This document shows positions 13,722-25,556 of a stretch of 64,000 bases of DNA, piece after piece; the first letter of the stretch is position 1, and each line of letters opens with the position of its first letter. The stretch covers positions 124,001 to 188,000 of the forward strand of contig JBEUKZ010000119.1 in assembly GCA_048128005.1 (NCBI GenBank). Direction: 5' to 3'. The notes under the pieces are model-generated. The model searched no databases. It was not told where the DNA came from and saw only the letters and a list, made by a program, of their open reading frames with translations. The stretch comes from Veleropilina oligotropha (taxonomy: Eukaryota). Position numbers and translations under genes: made by a program.

Positions 13722-13744
13722 CACGTGACGTCACTTTGACCAAT
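13722..13744 (+). promoter_or_regulatory. Candidate promoter of the ZNF gene: overlapping E-box/CRE plus CCAAT box
   Basis: CACGTGACGTCA followed by CCAAT; candidate donor ATG|GTAAAC at 13837 and polypyrimidine acceptor TTTCTTTTTGAAG at 14690 upstream of the ORF. Confidence 0.35.
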
Positions 13745-13855
13745 CAGACTTCTCGAATTTGGAAAGCGTTTTTGGATCTAATTAAACTATTGGATGAAAT
13801 CCCCGATTTGCATTTGTCATGTGAACGTGGATGATGGTAAACATAATAATTACAT

Positions 13856-14596
13856 AATGTAAAATTGTTTACTTTGGAATTTGTTTTGAACGTGCTACAA
13901 CGTTTCGACTGCACATCTAGCAGTCTTGATCGCTTATTGATCTCGTTTGGCGCTGGAAGCGCTCAGGAATCAGGCTGTGGTAGATGGTGGGTTTTCGCTC
14001 ACGGATGTAGATGGCCTCTTTGACTTTACGTTTTGTCCAGTCAGGTTCGTGGGTGAGGATGGAGGTGTTGGATAGTGACACTGAGTGGCCGGTGGCTTGG
14101 CAATGGTCACCCACACCTGTTGGCTTGTCGAGGTTGGTGTGCTCTTTGAAACGTGTAGCAAGAGTACGCTTCGTTTCTCCAATGTAGGTGTGTTCAGGGG
14201 ACTGGTCACAGATGATTTGATAAATGACCCTGCATTTCCTCTCATCAGGAGTACGGTCCTTTGGGTGTTACTGTACCAACATGGATCTTAGTTTGTTGAC
14301 AGGTTGATGGAAAGTGTTAATGCCAAATGACATGCAGGTCCTGGAGAGTTTTTAGGACAGGCCCTGAACGTATGGTAACCCAATCAGAGGTGACCGGTGT
14401 TGTGTTAGTCCTGATGCATTGGTATCCGGGGTGGGATTCCTGAGCGCTCCCAGCGGCAAACGAGATCACTACGCGATCAAGACTGCTAGATGCGCAGTCG
14501 AAACGTCGTAGCACGTTCAAAACAGGTTCCAAAGTAAGTAAACAATTTTACATTATCTCATCACTGGGAACCAATAACAACAATTTTTCAACTCTT
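13856..14596 (-). mobile_element. Penelope-like retroelement fragment with inverted pseudo-LTRs
   Basis: Minus strand encodes HCQATGHSVSLSNTSILTHEPDWTKRKVKEAIYIRERKPT (C-terminal part of a PLE GIY-YIG endonuclease); about 120-bp inverted repeats at 13854-13971 and 14435-14556; ATAATTACAT duplicated at 13846-13855 and 14597-14606. Confidence 0.8.
14469..14511 (+). ncRNA. Putative minimal type-I hammerhead ribozyme, variant core
   Basis: CTAC-GCGATCA-A-GACTGC-TAGATGC-GCAGTC-GAAA-CG-TC-GTAG: stem I, core-like box, stem II, GAAA, palindromic stem III and GUC site; typical PLE position. Confidence 0.5.
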
Positions 14597-14832
14597 ATAA
14601 TTACATCTTTAATATTTCAATTGCTCAATAATTATGTGCATGATTTTTATATTGACACAGTGTTTACATAACTTTGTTTTCTTTTTGAAGGTATTTGGAT
14701 TCGTTGGAACTTGCAAGCTGAGTACAGGTACATGTCCGTGCGATATTCCAAGACAATAATTCGTGAAACGAAAGAGACAAACTCAAGCTTCAACACACCA
14801 TTATATAATATTATTTTTGAAATTCACACCAG

Positions 14833-15768
14833 ATGGAGCCACTTGTATGCACTGTGTGCGACAAACAATTCAGTGATGCACGGAAACGTAAATGTCATAT
14901 GAGAAACCATGCTCTGAAAAGGCAGCACCAATGCAGCTTGTGTGTAAAGACATTTAAAACGGTGAGCACCTTGCAACAGCATCTGCGGATTCACACAGGG
15001 GAAAAGCATTATCAGTGCTGCTTGTGCGACAGGACATTTCCAGCTGCATGTGGGCTGAACAGGCATATGCTAATTCATACCGGAGAGAAACATCATCATT
15101 GTGCTTTGTGTAAGCGAACATTTGCATGTCGTAGTAATCTTAAGTCGCACATGCTAATCCATACTGGGGAGAAGTCGCACCAATGTGCTGTATGTAATAA
15201 GACCTTTTCACGATCAGGTTGTCTGAAGTTGCACATGCGATCCCATACTGGAGAGAAACCATACCAATGCGAGGTTTGCTATAAGACATTTAAGAGTGCA
15301 AGTGAACTTCGATCACACACTCTAATTCATACTGGAGAGAAATCACATAAATGTGGTGTATGCAAAAAAGCATTTTCACTTGCGAGTAGCCTCACAAAGC
15401 ATATATTAATTCATACCGGAGAGAAATCACATCAATGCTTTGTATGCAAAAAATCATTTTCACAAGCGGGTAGTCTTGGAACGCACATGTTAATTCATAC
15501 TGGTGAGAAACCACATGAATGTGTTGTATGCAATAAAACATTTTTACTAATGGGTCATCTTAGAACGCACATGTTAATACATACTGGTGAGAAACCACAT
15601 CAATGTGTTGTATGCAATAAAACATTTTTACAAGCGGGTAATCTTAGAATGCACATGTTAATTCATACTGGTGAGAAACCACATCAATGTGTTGTATGCA
15701 ATAAAACATTTTTACAAGCGGGTAATCTTAGAACGCACATGTTAATCCATACTAGAAAGAAACTATAG
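14833..15768 (+). CDS. Tandem C2H2 (Kruppel-type) zinc-finger protein, 11 fingers, 311 aa
   Basis: Uninterrupted ORF of CX2CX12HX3H units joined by TGEK(P/S/H) linkers; the last three fingers are near-identical duplicates. Confidence 0.9.
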   Translation: MEPLVCTVCDKQFSDARKRKCHMRNHALKRQHQCSLCVKTFKTVSTLQQHLRIHTGEKHYQCCLCDRTFPAACGLNRHMLIHTGEKHHHCALCKRTFACRSNLKSHMLIHTGEKSHQCAVCNKTFSRSGCLKLHMRSHTGEKPYQCEVCYKTFKSASELRSHTLIHTGEKSHKCGVCKKAFSLASSLTKHILIHTGEKSHQCFVCKKSFSQAGSLGTHMLIHTGEKPHECVVCNKTFLLMGHLRTHMLIHTGEKPHQCVVCNKTFLQAGNLRMHMLIHTGEKPHQCVVCNKTFLQAGNLRTHMLIHTRKKL

Positions 15769-15951
15769 TGATCTAACGTCTTAACAAGCAAGTTGTCTCA
15801 GGAGGTAGATGTTAGTCCACACTAGGCAGAATACTTAACCAATGTGTTGTGTGTGATCGAACAATATAAGTTGTCTCTTATGTCTCTCTCTCATTTGAAG
15901 TTAAGGACAATTCTACTTTTATTTACATAAAGCATTATTTACACTCACTTA

Positions 15952-15952
<1 letters not shown>

Positions 15953-15991
<39 letters not shown>
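15953..15991. repeat. (AT)n microsatellite
   Basis: Pure dinucleotide run. Confidence 0.95.
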
Positions 15992-15994
<3 letters not shown>

Positions 15995-16059
15995 TAGTAA
16001 TTGTTTGTTTACGTGCTTGTCGGTTTGTCACTTCTGACTTCTGCGCCCCTTTGAATTGG

Positions 16060-16435
16060 CATACATACATACATACATACATGCATTACATGCATGCATT
16101 ACATGCATACATTTCATACATACATACATGCATACATTACATACATACATACATATACGCATACATATATGCATACATACATAAATACATACATGCACAC
16201 ATGCATGCATTACATACATACATACATACATACATACATGCATGCATGCATGCATACATACATACATATATACACACATGCATGCATACATACATACATA
16301 CATACATTACATACACACATTACATGCATGCATACATACATACACACACATACATGCATACATACATAAATACATGCATACATACATACATACATTCATT
16401 GCATGCATACATACATACATACATGCATACATACA

Positions 16436-16466
<31 letters not shown>

Positions 16467-16510
16467 CGGTACATACATTACATGCATGCATGCATACATA
16501 CATACATACA

Positions 16511-16541
<31 letters not shown>

Positions 16542-16678
16542 CGGTACATACATTACATGCATGCATGCATACATACATGCATGCATACATACATATCGGT
16601 ACATACATGCATTCACGCATACATACATACATACATACATACATATCGGTACATACATTGCATGCATGCATACATACA

Positions 16679-16709
<31 letters not shown>

Positions 16710-16741
16710 CGGTACATACATTACATGCATGCATGCATACA

Positions 16742-16772
<31 letters not shown>

Positions 16773-17356
16773 CGGTACATACATTACATGCATGCATGCA
16801 TACATACATACATACATACATACATACATACATACATACATACATCGGTACATACATTACATACATGCATGCATACATACATACATACATACATGCATAC
16901 ATACATATCGGTACATACATTACATACATGCATGCATACATACATACATACATACATACATACATACATACATACATACATACATACATACATACATACA
17001 TGCATACATACATACATACATACACACACACATACATGCATGCATACATACATACATACATACATACATACATACATACATACATACATACATACATACA
17101 TACATACATACATACATACATACATGCATACATACATGCACGCATACATACATACACACATACATACATATCGGTACATACATTACATGCATGCATGCAT
17201 GCATGCATACATACATACATACATACATACATACATACATACATACATACATACATACATACATACATACATACATACATACATACATACATACATACAT
17301 ACATACATACATGCATGCATGCATGCATGCATGCATGCATGCATGCATGCATACAT

Positions 17357-17405
<49 letters not shown>

Positions 17406-17537
17406 TACATACATACATACATACATACATACATGCATGCATGCATGCATGCATGCAGGCTTGCATGCAGGCATGCATGCATACATACATACATACATAC
17501 ATACATACATACATACATACATACATACATACATACA
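16060..17537. repeat. Compound (CATA)n/(CATG)n microsatellite with a recurrent ATCGGTACATACATTACATG block
   Basis: About 1.5 kb low-complexity array; source of the spurious HTYI/MYVC ORFs. Confidence 0.97.
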
Positions 17538-17812
17538 TTTCATTGAATCGATGCTTATTGTCCTGTATCTTTACAACCTTCAGGTTCACTTTAACCAGTC
17601 CACCATATGTCCAAATTTTCTCTGGAGAAAAGCCTGGTCACCCTGGGGAAACCAGTCCTATCCGACCAGTCCGGACTACTGTGATTGATAACTGAACAAA
17701 GAACGCCATTCTCATTGCCACAGCCAAAATTGTAAGGAACTCCTATTTGTCAGAGCAGTCAAGAGAGTGGTTTTAGAGTTGGCACTAGAGTCCACACGGC
17801 TATCGGAGAGCC
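17538..17812 (-). mobile_element. tRNA-derived SINE, same family as 6850-7520, 36650-37200 and 56105-56314
   Basis: Reverse complement starts GGCTCTCCGATAGCCGTGTGGACTCTAGTGCC (A-box-like); body similar to the other copies; 3' end runs into (GTAT)n. Confidence 0.65.
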
Positions 17813-18949
17813 TCGTGTTTAAATGTAAAGGACGGATTTACACATTCATTTGAGAGACCGAGGGGCCGGTGGAGGCAATTGGTAATGACTACATGACATA
17901 TGTTATAAAGTTAATGATGATGAACATGGCTTCTCCTGTACTTTGATGATGACAGAATGCATCCAAATGTGCCATAGATTCTTACAAATATTGTCTACAG
18001 ACTACATAGGCCTTTTAACTCATGTTTGATATTTATGTTGTGCATAGTCAAATGATGGCACATTATGCATGAATAATATTTTGTGTTGTTCATGATAAGT
18101 CATTACACAAAAAGATAATTTTGTATCTGTGTCAATAAAAATGTATCATTAATTGTGTTGGCGTATTCATAAAGATATATGATTGTGGCATGTTTTTAAT
18201 AAGTTATATCGATAATAATGAGTACATAATATATGCAATTACGAGTACATGCATTCACAGCGTTGAAAAAATGAAAATTGCTAAATCGTCTCTGTACCAT
18301 GACTAATTAAATGCTCTTATTTTAGAATCCAAGATTGCAAATATAAAATTCATGGGTGCATATATACAGCTAAAAATTAATTTACAGCAATACTGCCCTA
18401 CCTGGATATTTTGACATCCTGCTGGCTCATATCTGAGCTTCTATGAAATGGCCACTGCATCTTCATGGAATATGCAGCATGATCCTCTGGTGCTTCTCGT
18501 ACGATAAACATAATTATGCTCGCTTTTTCTCGATCTCCCTTGCGCAAATATCAAGACTCGACGAGGATCACTCTGTGAGTCACCATCAAGACTTGGAAGG
18601 CAGATTCGTGATCACAATCTGTGACAAGAACACATTTGGCCTTATTCCTGTTGACCCGGTAGTTGGAGAAAGCCGCCAGTTGGGACCCGAAGGTTTATAG
18701 TTTGTGGCCAACGTCGGTGTCAAAATACTACTTTAAGGCAGAGCATTGGAACGCATGCATATGATAATAGTGTACCTTGGTGGAAGTAAACAAAGTAATG
18801 GCCTTAATTTCCATATTTAGGTGCATACATAAAAATGAGACGACTGTACAATAATAGTATGTAGTAGGTGTAAGGCAAGACACAGTAACTGGATCAACCC
18901 ATCGTACATCAAAATACTGTTGAACTGTCAATATTGTCCGGTTACGACA

Positions 18950-19250
18950 CCCACCAATGTAGAAATATCAGATGTTCGTCGTTTCAAGACTCGAAAACAG
19001 GTCAATTCCTTCTATGAAAGCGTTGCATCTCCTCGGACCGTTTCCTTGATCACAAGCGAATTGTGGGCGCTCCGCAAAAAGGCAACCAAAGCAGCACTGG
19101 CGAGAAACCTTGGAGCACGGGTCATCTTGTTGTTCATATCATGGAAGTGCGATTAATTCTGCCTACTTCCAGTGCACATGAAATATAGTTACGCCATCAC
19201 TATCGAATTGGTTGACAAGATGGTGGATTGAGGTTATTCCTTCTGTTCGA
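18950..19250 (-). pseudogene. Possible highly decayed Gypsy-type integrase relic
   Basis: Broken frames give WK*AELIALP and FCGAPT../CDQG, loosely matching the integrase core (KWAEAIPLP, FGxP..SDQG). Confidence 0.25.
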
Positions 19251-19953
19251 TAACATAGTCATGCGGATGTGTACACTATACCACCTATAAATATATTTTT
19301 AAAGCTATTTATCTCTCGAAGTAAGGCGTCATACAATACATCGTGAGCAATGAAACATTTAATAATATATGTACATGTTTAGTTTAGTTTGGTGACAGCC
19401 AAACACGAGAATATTCACTACAGGGTAGTTATCTTTGAACGTTAATTTCACCGTGAAAGATACAAGTTACAGATGTCCAGCAAGCAGTTATGAAATGTAG
19501 ACATAAAAAACTACCAGGAAATTGTAATTTAATTTAGTACCATCTGCATGGAACCAATAGATTCAAAATTGGCCAACGGCCCCTGGCCTAATGTATAAGT
19601 GTCGGATGCATTTATACATCGGCAATGAAAATCGAAGTCGTGATTGGACTGGTGGAGATCGGGTCCCGAGGAATATCTGGAAAAGGCTGACACATCCAAA
19701 AAAGCGAAGGACGACTTGCATTAAGCACGGAGTTTTGGAATTCATTTTCATAAAAACAGTCCCTGACATCATGCACTACTCGAGAATGTTGCATCATCGC
19801 GCGCAGCATTCGAGAATCTGTTGTCGACACAGCCCATCAACGTTATGCTCGGGAGCCGATACTCGGTAGGGATGTGCTGCTGATCATTCTGCAAAATCAG
19901 AAATCGAAGGAATCCAGTGGTAGTAATATATCGCATTATTCAAAAACAGATGA

Positions 19954-20628
19954 CAGGCGCGGATCCATGATTTTGAAAAGGGGTGGGGGATCCAATTATC
20001 ATCAAATATACTATCAGCTATTCGCAAAAGAAAATTTGACGATCAAGAGCCTGAAACCCCCTCTCATGCACTCTGACAGGGCAAAGGCGATATTTCTTAC
20101 CAACATTTATGAACAATTTTCACTAAAATGTATGAGTGTTTTTTTCACAACATAACACATGCATTTCTGCTTTCAAACGTAGGTACAGACAGCCTGTATC
20201 CCCAGAGAAGTAATTTTGACACTAAAATGTATAAAGAAATTTTTCTTTTTTTCACAATCAAAGACAAACATTTTTGATTTTTCGAGAGGGGGGGTGCACG
20301 GACCGCCCAGACCTCCAGAAAATTTTGATAATTAACGATGTGAAACCCCCTCTCCTGCATTCTGCCAGTGCAAACGCGATATTTCTCACAAACATGAAAC
20401 GTATGTATCAGTAAATATTTCGGGGGTTTTCGCAATGAAACATGCATTTCTCATTTTCAAAAGGATGGGTCGGACCTTCTGATTCTCAAACTTTTTGACA
20501 ATTAACGGTGCGAAACCCCCTCACCAACATCTATGAACCGTTTTCACTAAAATGTGTAAGTATTTCTTTCATTTTTGATTTCCAAAGGGAGGTTTCAGAC
20601 CCCCCCCCCCCTCCTGGATCCGCTAGTG
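19954..20628. mobile_element. Non-autonomous TIR element (CAGGCGCGGATCCA..TGGATCCGCTAGTG)
   Basis: Imperfect short TIRs with adjacent G/C runs and internal GAAACCCCCTCTC subrepeats; no clear TSD. Confidence 0.5.
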
Positions 20629-20910
20629 GCTGGTGCTACAGCCTTTGCTTTGCAGACGAACGAGAGCGCTTGCAAGGGGGGTGGCTGCGATACTAAATTT
20701 TGCTTGAAATCAAACGAAAAAATGTGCCTCGACGTTTTGAAGCGTCCTCGTTCTGTTATTTTCGCGAACATTTCGACGCTTTTCAATAACTATTCCGATG
20801 TATTATAATATTAACTAGATAACAAGTGATGGGGTGCCATCACAGTGGGCCCCGCTCCACCAATATAACTCGATAAACATTCACATCTGAGCAATAATTG
20901 TTATATATGC

Positions 20911-21249
20911 CGCCGTGGCTCAGTGGTAGCGCACTGGCCTCTCATTGAGAGGTTTGGGGTTCAATCCCTGATCCCGGCGAGTTTCCTTGGGCAAGGAATT
21001 TAGCATATATGTGCCTCGGTTCACCCAGCCGATTTAAGATCAAAGTGGGTACCTGGTTGGCAGTGACGGAAATTGTCAGTATGACAAGTCTGATGCGCCT
21101 ATAAATGGCAGCTCGGCTGGAATGCTCTCAAAGAGAGTTGAGATGGAATCTCGAATAGAACAGGCCGTTAACCAGGGAATAATAATGATGTAGCGCTTTG
21201 AGCAAGCATTCGTGCATGGAAAGGCGCAATATAAAAAGTCCCATTATTA
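20911..21249 (+). mobile_element. Full-length tRNA-derived SINE with L2-type tail and 10-bp TSD
   Basis: A box TGGCTCAGTGG, B box GGTTCAATCC, central TCCTTGGGCAAG..CACCCAGC..GGGTACCTGG domain, tail AGCGCTTTGAG..AAGGCGC..ATAAA..(ATT)n; TTATATATGC at 20901-20910 and 21250-21259. Confidence 0.85.
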
Positions 21250-22762
21250 TTATATATGCAAAAATAGAAGGTAAATTTACATTGACCATTTGATGAAGCT
21301 TATGCTGTTGATACTCCAAAATCATTATGCACTGGATACTTCCAACATAAAAGCTATACATGATGATATTGTGTCACAAACTGTTACCTCTCTCACCTTG
21401 ATGTACCTATAGTCAGAGACAGACAGAAACTAAACATTAAATCATATGAAAAAATGAACTATTTAATACCAAATGTAAGCTTTAACCAAACACCTTAACA
21501 AGATATTTTATGCAAAATTCCCTCCAATATCCATTAAACATGCCAAATTCCTTTCAATAATACCACTACAGCATGTAGGAACATTCCCTTGTTCATTTAT
21601 TAGCATACATATAGAGGTAAGTTTGTTAACAGAAGCGTTAACCTGAACCTTAACCAAAAATGCAACGGAGCAGAAGCTTTAACCTGGCACATTAACCAAG
21701 TCATTTTCTATTAAATATTCTGACATTTTTTTTTTTTACAAATATCTTTAATGAAATTGCATCTACTAGTGATATCCAAGCATTTAACTTTATCAAAACC
21801 TGGAAAAATGCTTCAAGTAGAAGCTTTAACCTGATACCTTAACCATAAAATTTTCAACTAAATTCCTTCAATATCAACACTACAGTTTCAGGAAGGATTC
21901 ATAATAGTGATCTTCAAACAAATCTTTGACAAAAAAGTGTCTTTATCAAACAAAGCATATGAAAATATGAAGTATTAGCACCAAATGGAAGCTTTAACCA
22001 AACACCTTAACCAAGAGTTTTAGAGCTTAATTCCCTTCAATGTCCATTAAAAATGTCACATTCTTTAAACTAATGCCACTACAGCAAGTAGGAACATTCT
22101 CTTGTTCATTTATTGCCATACATTCAGGGCAAAGTGTGTTAACAGAAGCGTTAACCAAATCTGCGACGGAAGGAAGGAAGGAAAATGTGATCACTATAGG
22201 GCCGCATAATTATTTATTTGGTTTGTTTTGAATTTATTTCAAATATTAGCTGATAATTTGAACCCTGACCAGTTTACCAGAGTGATATTGGACACTGTAT
22301 ACAGTCTGCTCTTGTATAATGACAATAAATACTGCCATTTCAAGAAACCCTTGAAATGAACCAATGGGAAGCCAGATTTCAAAATCAGTTTAATTCCGAT
22401 TTTGATAATTCCATCTTCACAGAGTGACCATTAAGCTTAACAGCTTACTATGCCTATTGGCAGTGAGCAAGTCTTACATATGAACACATGTCCCTTTCAT
22501 CATACACACATAATATTTAGATGAATAAACAAAATAAATTTACTAATTCTTATATTTGCGTAGCTACTTGATTAACGTCTGCAAACAAAAAATTGAATGA
22601 TATCATTGAAAATGAACAGCCTTCTTCCTTGTCATAAGATTCACCTACCAAGCAACTTTCATTTTTATAGATACTTAGTGATATATTTCTTGAGTTATAG
22701 TGCAGAAACAAAGATTTATTTATTATAATACTTTATTACACTTTGTCAACCTTTTGGCACAT

Positions 22763-23030
22763 GAAACTTTAACCTGGGACCTTAATGAGAAGATTGGGCA
22801 AATAAAACTTTAACCTGGGATCTTAATGTGAAGATTGGACAAACAAAACTTTAACCTGGGACCTTAATGTGAAGATTGGGCAAACAAAACTTTAACCTGG
22901 GACCTTAATGTGAAGATTGGACAAACAAAACTTTAACCTGGGACCTTAATGGGAAGACTGGGCAAACAAAACTTTAACCTGGGACCTTAACATTAAGATT
23001 GAGCAAATTAAACATTAACCTGGGACCTTC
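22763..23030. repeat. 41-bp minisatellite (about 6.5 copies), unrelated to the left-end satellite
   Basis: Unit AAACTTTAACCTGGGACCTTAATGTGAAGATTGGGCAAACA. Confidence 0.9.
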
Positions 23031-23783
23031 ACTGACCATGGGATACAGTTTACTCTTGATCGGCATAATATCATGATCAAAGAACCTGTTGGATATTCCA
23101 AACAGCGAAGCTATATAAAGCCTCACAAACTGTCACCTTAAGTCTCACTGCTTACTGTACCTGTAGTATACACTGCAAGCCTAGAGCAAGGCTGACAAAG
23201 AGACAAGTGGTCGAAATTCAATAAAGTTATATTTCCTTTTAAAATAATAATTAAATAAAATATGAAAATCACAATAACATTAAAATCTCTTTAAATGTCA
23301 AAAGTGTCTTGTCCTTAACCTTAAGATTGGGCAAATGAACATTTAACCTGGAACCTTAACCTGAAGATTGGGCAAAATAAACTTTAACCTGGGACCTCAA
23401 TGCTGGGACGCACGGACGGACGGACAGAAGGACGGAAAAGGTGATCACGGGGCCCTAATAATGACAGGGTTTTTTATGAATATTCAAGCGAGCATTCAAG
23501 GACTCGCGCTAATTAATGTCTTACAGGTAAAACATTATCAAGTTTCACATACATCTTTCACGGATTCAAGCAATTTCTTTCGGTGTTTCCCGTTTCACGT
23601 TTTAGTATATAACTAATCACGTTTTAACGCACAAATTCATTACCATCCCGTTAATTGGTACACTTTTGACACTAGTCTTTCAGGTATAACTCACATGACG
23701 AGATCTCAAGGGGAATTGGGAATTAGAATAACTCTAACCAGGTGCCGTTTGTGTACTCATTAAAATAGATTAGTGAACATTTG

Positions 23784-24051
23784 GGCGCTTTTTCGGTACT
23801 TCCCCACAGCTCCGGCTTTTACTCAAGTTTGGAAATCTGGTTTTTCATCTCCAATAAAATACGAATTTTTTTTCCAACATAGAGCATCCCTAACCCTGAA
23901 CCCTGCTTACAGTTACACTGACCCTAATCGACAACGCAGAAATTGACAAGGCAGATAATACGCGGAGTGTGAAAATTTCAGACGAATACAAGCCGGAGCA
24001 CCTTAAACATGTATAAAAGCCGGATCTGTGGGGAAGTACCGAAAGAGCAAA
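23784..24051. mobile_element. Second, inverted and internally deleted copy of the 8.3-kb MITE
   Basis: Same TIRs; AACATTTG on both flanks. Confidence 0.8.
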
Positions 24052-24059
24052 AACATTTG

Positions 24060-24755
24060 TCTCGCATCCTACCACTACAATAGACAACTGGTCCCGTCTC
24101 TTGACGGTCGAGTCTCACATCCTACCACTACAATAGACAACTGGTCCCGTGTATTGACGGTCGAGTCTCGCATCCTACCACTACAATAGACAACTGGTCC
24201 CGTCTCTTGACGGTCGAGTCTCAAATCCTACCACTACAATAGACAACTGGTCCCGTTTATTGACGGTCGAGTCTCGCATCCTACCACTACAATAGACAAC
24301 TGGTCCCGTTTCTTGACGGTCGAGTCTCGCATCCTACCACTACAATAGACAACTGGTCCCGTTTATCGACGGTCGAGTCTCGCATCCTACCACTACAATA
24401 GACAACTGGTCCCGTTTATTGACGGTCGAGTCTCGCATCCTACCACTACAATAGACAACTGGTCCCGTTTATCGACGGTCGAGTCTCACATCCTACCACT
24501 ACAATAGACAACTGGTCCTGTTTATCGACGGTCGAGTCTCGCATCCTACCACTACAATAGACAACTGGTCCCGTTTATTGACGGTCGAGTCTCGCATCCT
24601 ACCACTACAATAGACAACTGGTCCCGTGTCTTGACGGTCGAGTCTCGCATCCTACCACCACAATAGACAACTGGTCCCGTTTCTTGACGGTCGAGTCTCG
24701 CATCCTACCACTACAATAGACAACTGGTCCCGTTTCTTGACGGTCGAGTCTCGCA
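24060..24755. repeat. 53-bp minisatellite (13 copies) made from the 5' coding part of an I-group LINE ORF1
   Basis: Unit TCTCGCATCCTACCACTACAATAGACAACTGGTCCCGTTTCTTGACGGTCGAG encodes DNWSRFLTVES and leads directly into LSPFTIGKSI. Confidence 0.92.
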
Positions 24756-25250
24756 CCGATATATAAATCACCACCTTGAGTCCGTTCACCATCGGAAAGT
24801 CCATTCCTGGCCTGGCTGGCGAACCGAAGACTGTTAAGAAACTTCGAGCAGGCAAACTACTGGTCGACTGCGCCAGGAGGAGCCACGCCAAGAACGTTTG
24901 TAAACATTTCAGTAGACATTCTTCCGCATCGGACTTGAATTTCACCAGGGTAATAAGATCAATGGATCTGCAGTGACTTAGAATTGCTGGAAAGTATGAA
25001 AAGTCTGGGCGTAACTAAGGTTACACGCCTGACCACATTCAGTGATGTCAAAAGCCTACATTCCAAACCCCTTGCGGTGTTTCAAATGCCAATCATCTGG
25101 ACACCACAAGGATCGTTGCAAAGATAATTCCACATTGCTCGATGCAGTGAATAGGGTGATGATTCGATGACCCAATTTCGGAATTATCTGCAACATTAAA
25201 CGACATTACAACTCACGCCATTCCAAAGACCTGCCCAAGTTTAAAACAAA
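24700..25250 (+). pseudogene. I-group (I/Nimb-like) LINE ORF1 gag-like relic
   Basis: WSRFLTVES..LSPFTIGKSIPGLAGEPKTVKKLRAGKLLVDC and zinc knuckle YIPNPLRCFKCQSSGHHKDRCK, with deletions and frameshifts. Confidence 0.75.
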
Positions 25251-25556
25251 AGTAAGTTTAATATAAGTTATCGAGCGACGTCGCGGTAGACACGGTGTAT
25301 TGCATACCGCCCAACGTTAAACCACGAGGACCAGACAGAAATATTTTCATTGAGAAGTGACGTCACCGTGGTACAATTTTCCATGAACCACGCCTGGCCG
25401 TGGTTCACCGTCAGTTAGTAAAATGACGTCAGCCAATCAGAACAGAGGATTCACGGCGAAGTCAAGATAATGAATATTGTAACAAGAACGACGCGTTCGG
25501 AATATGTCTTGACCTTTCTTTATTTCCGTCAAATTTTCATAACAGTTATAACGTAG

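Larger units (their letters stand above)
20813..23461 (+). mobile_element. Composite HINE-like element(s) with (C)TTTAACC core repeats
   Basis: AACTAG/AACAAG start, repeated AAGCTTTAACC..CCTTAAC cores, and GGAA/GGAC microsatellites followed by GTGATCAC..GGGCC ends at about 22200 and 23450. Confidence 0.45.

Noticed and set aside
16028..17695. Long His/Tyr-rich and MYVC ORFs (up to 545 aa)
   Set aside because: Translation artefacts of the (CATA)n/(CATG)n microsatellite.
20908..20985. tRNA gene
   Set aside because: A and B boxes are present but there is no convincing cloverleaf; the sequence continues into a SINE body and tail bounded by a TSD.
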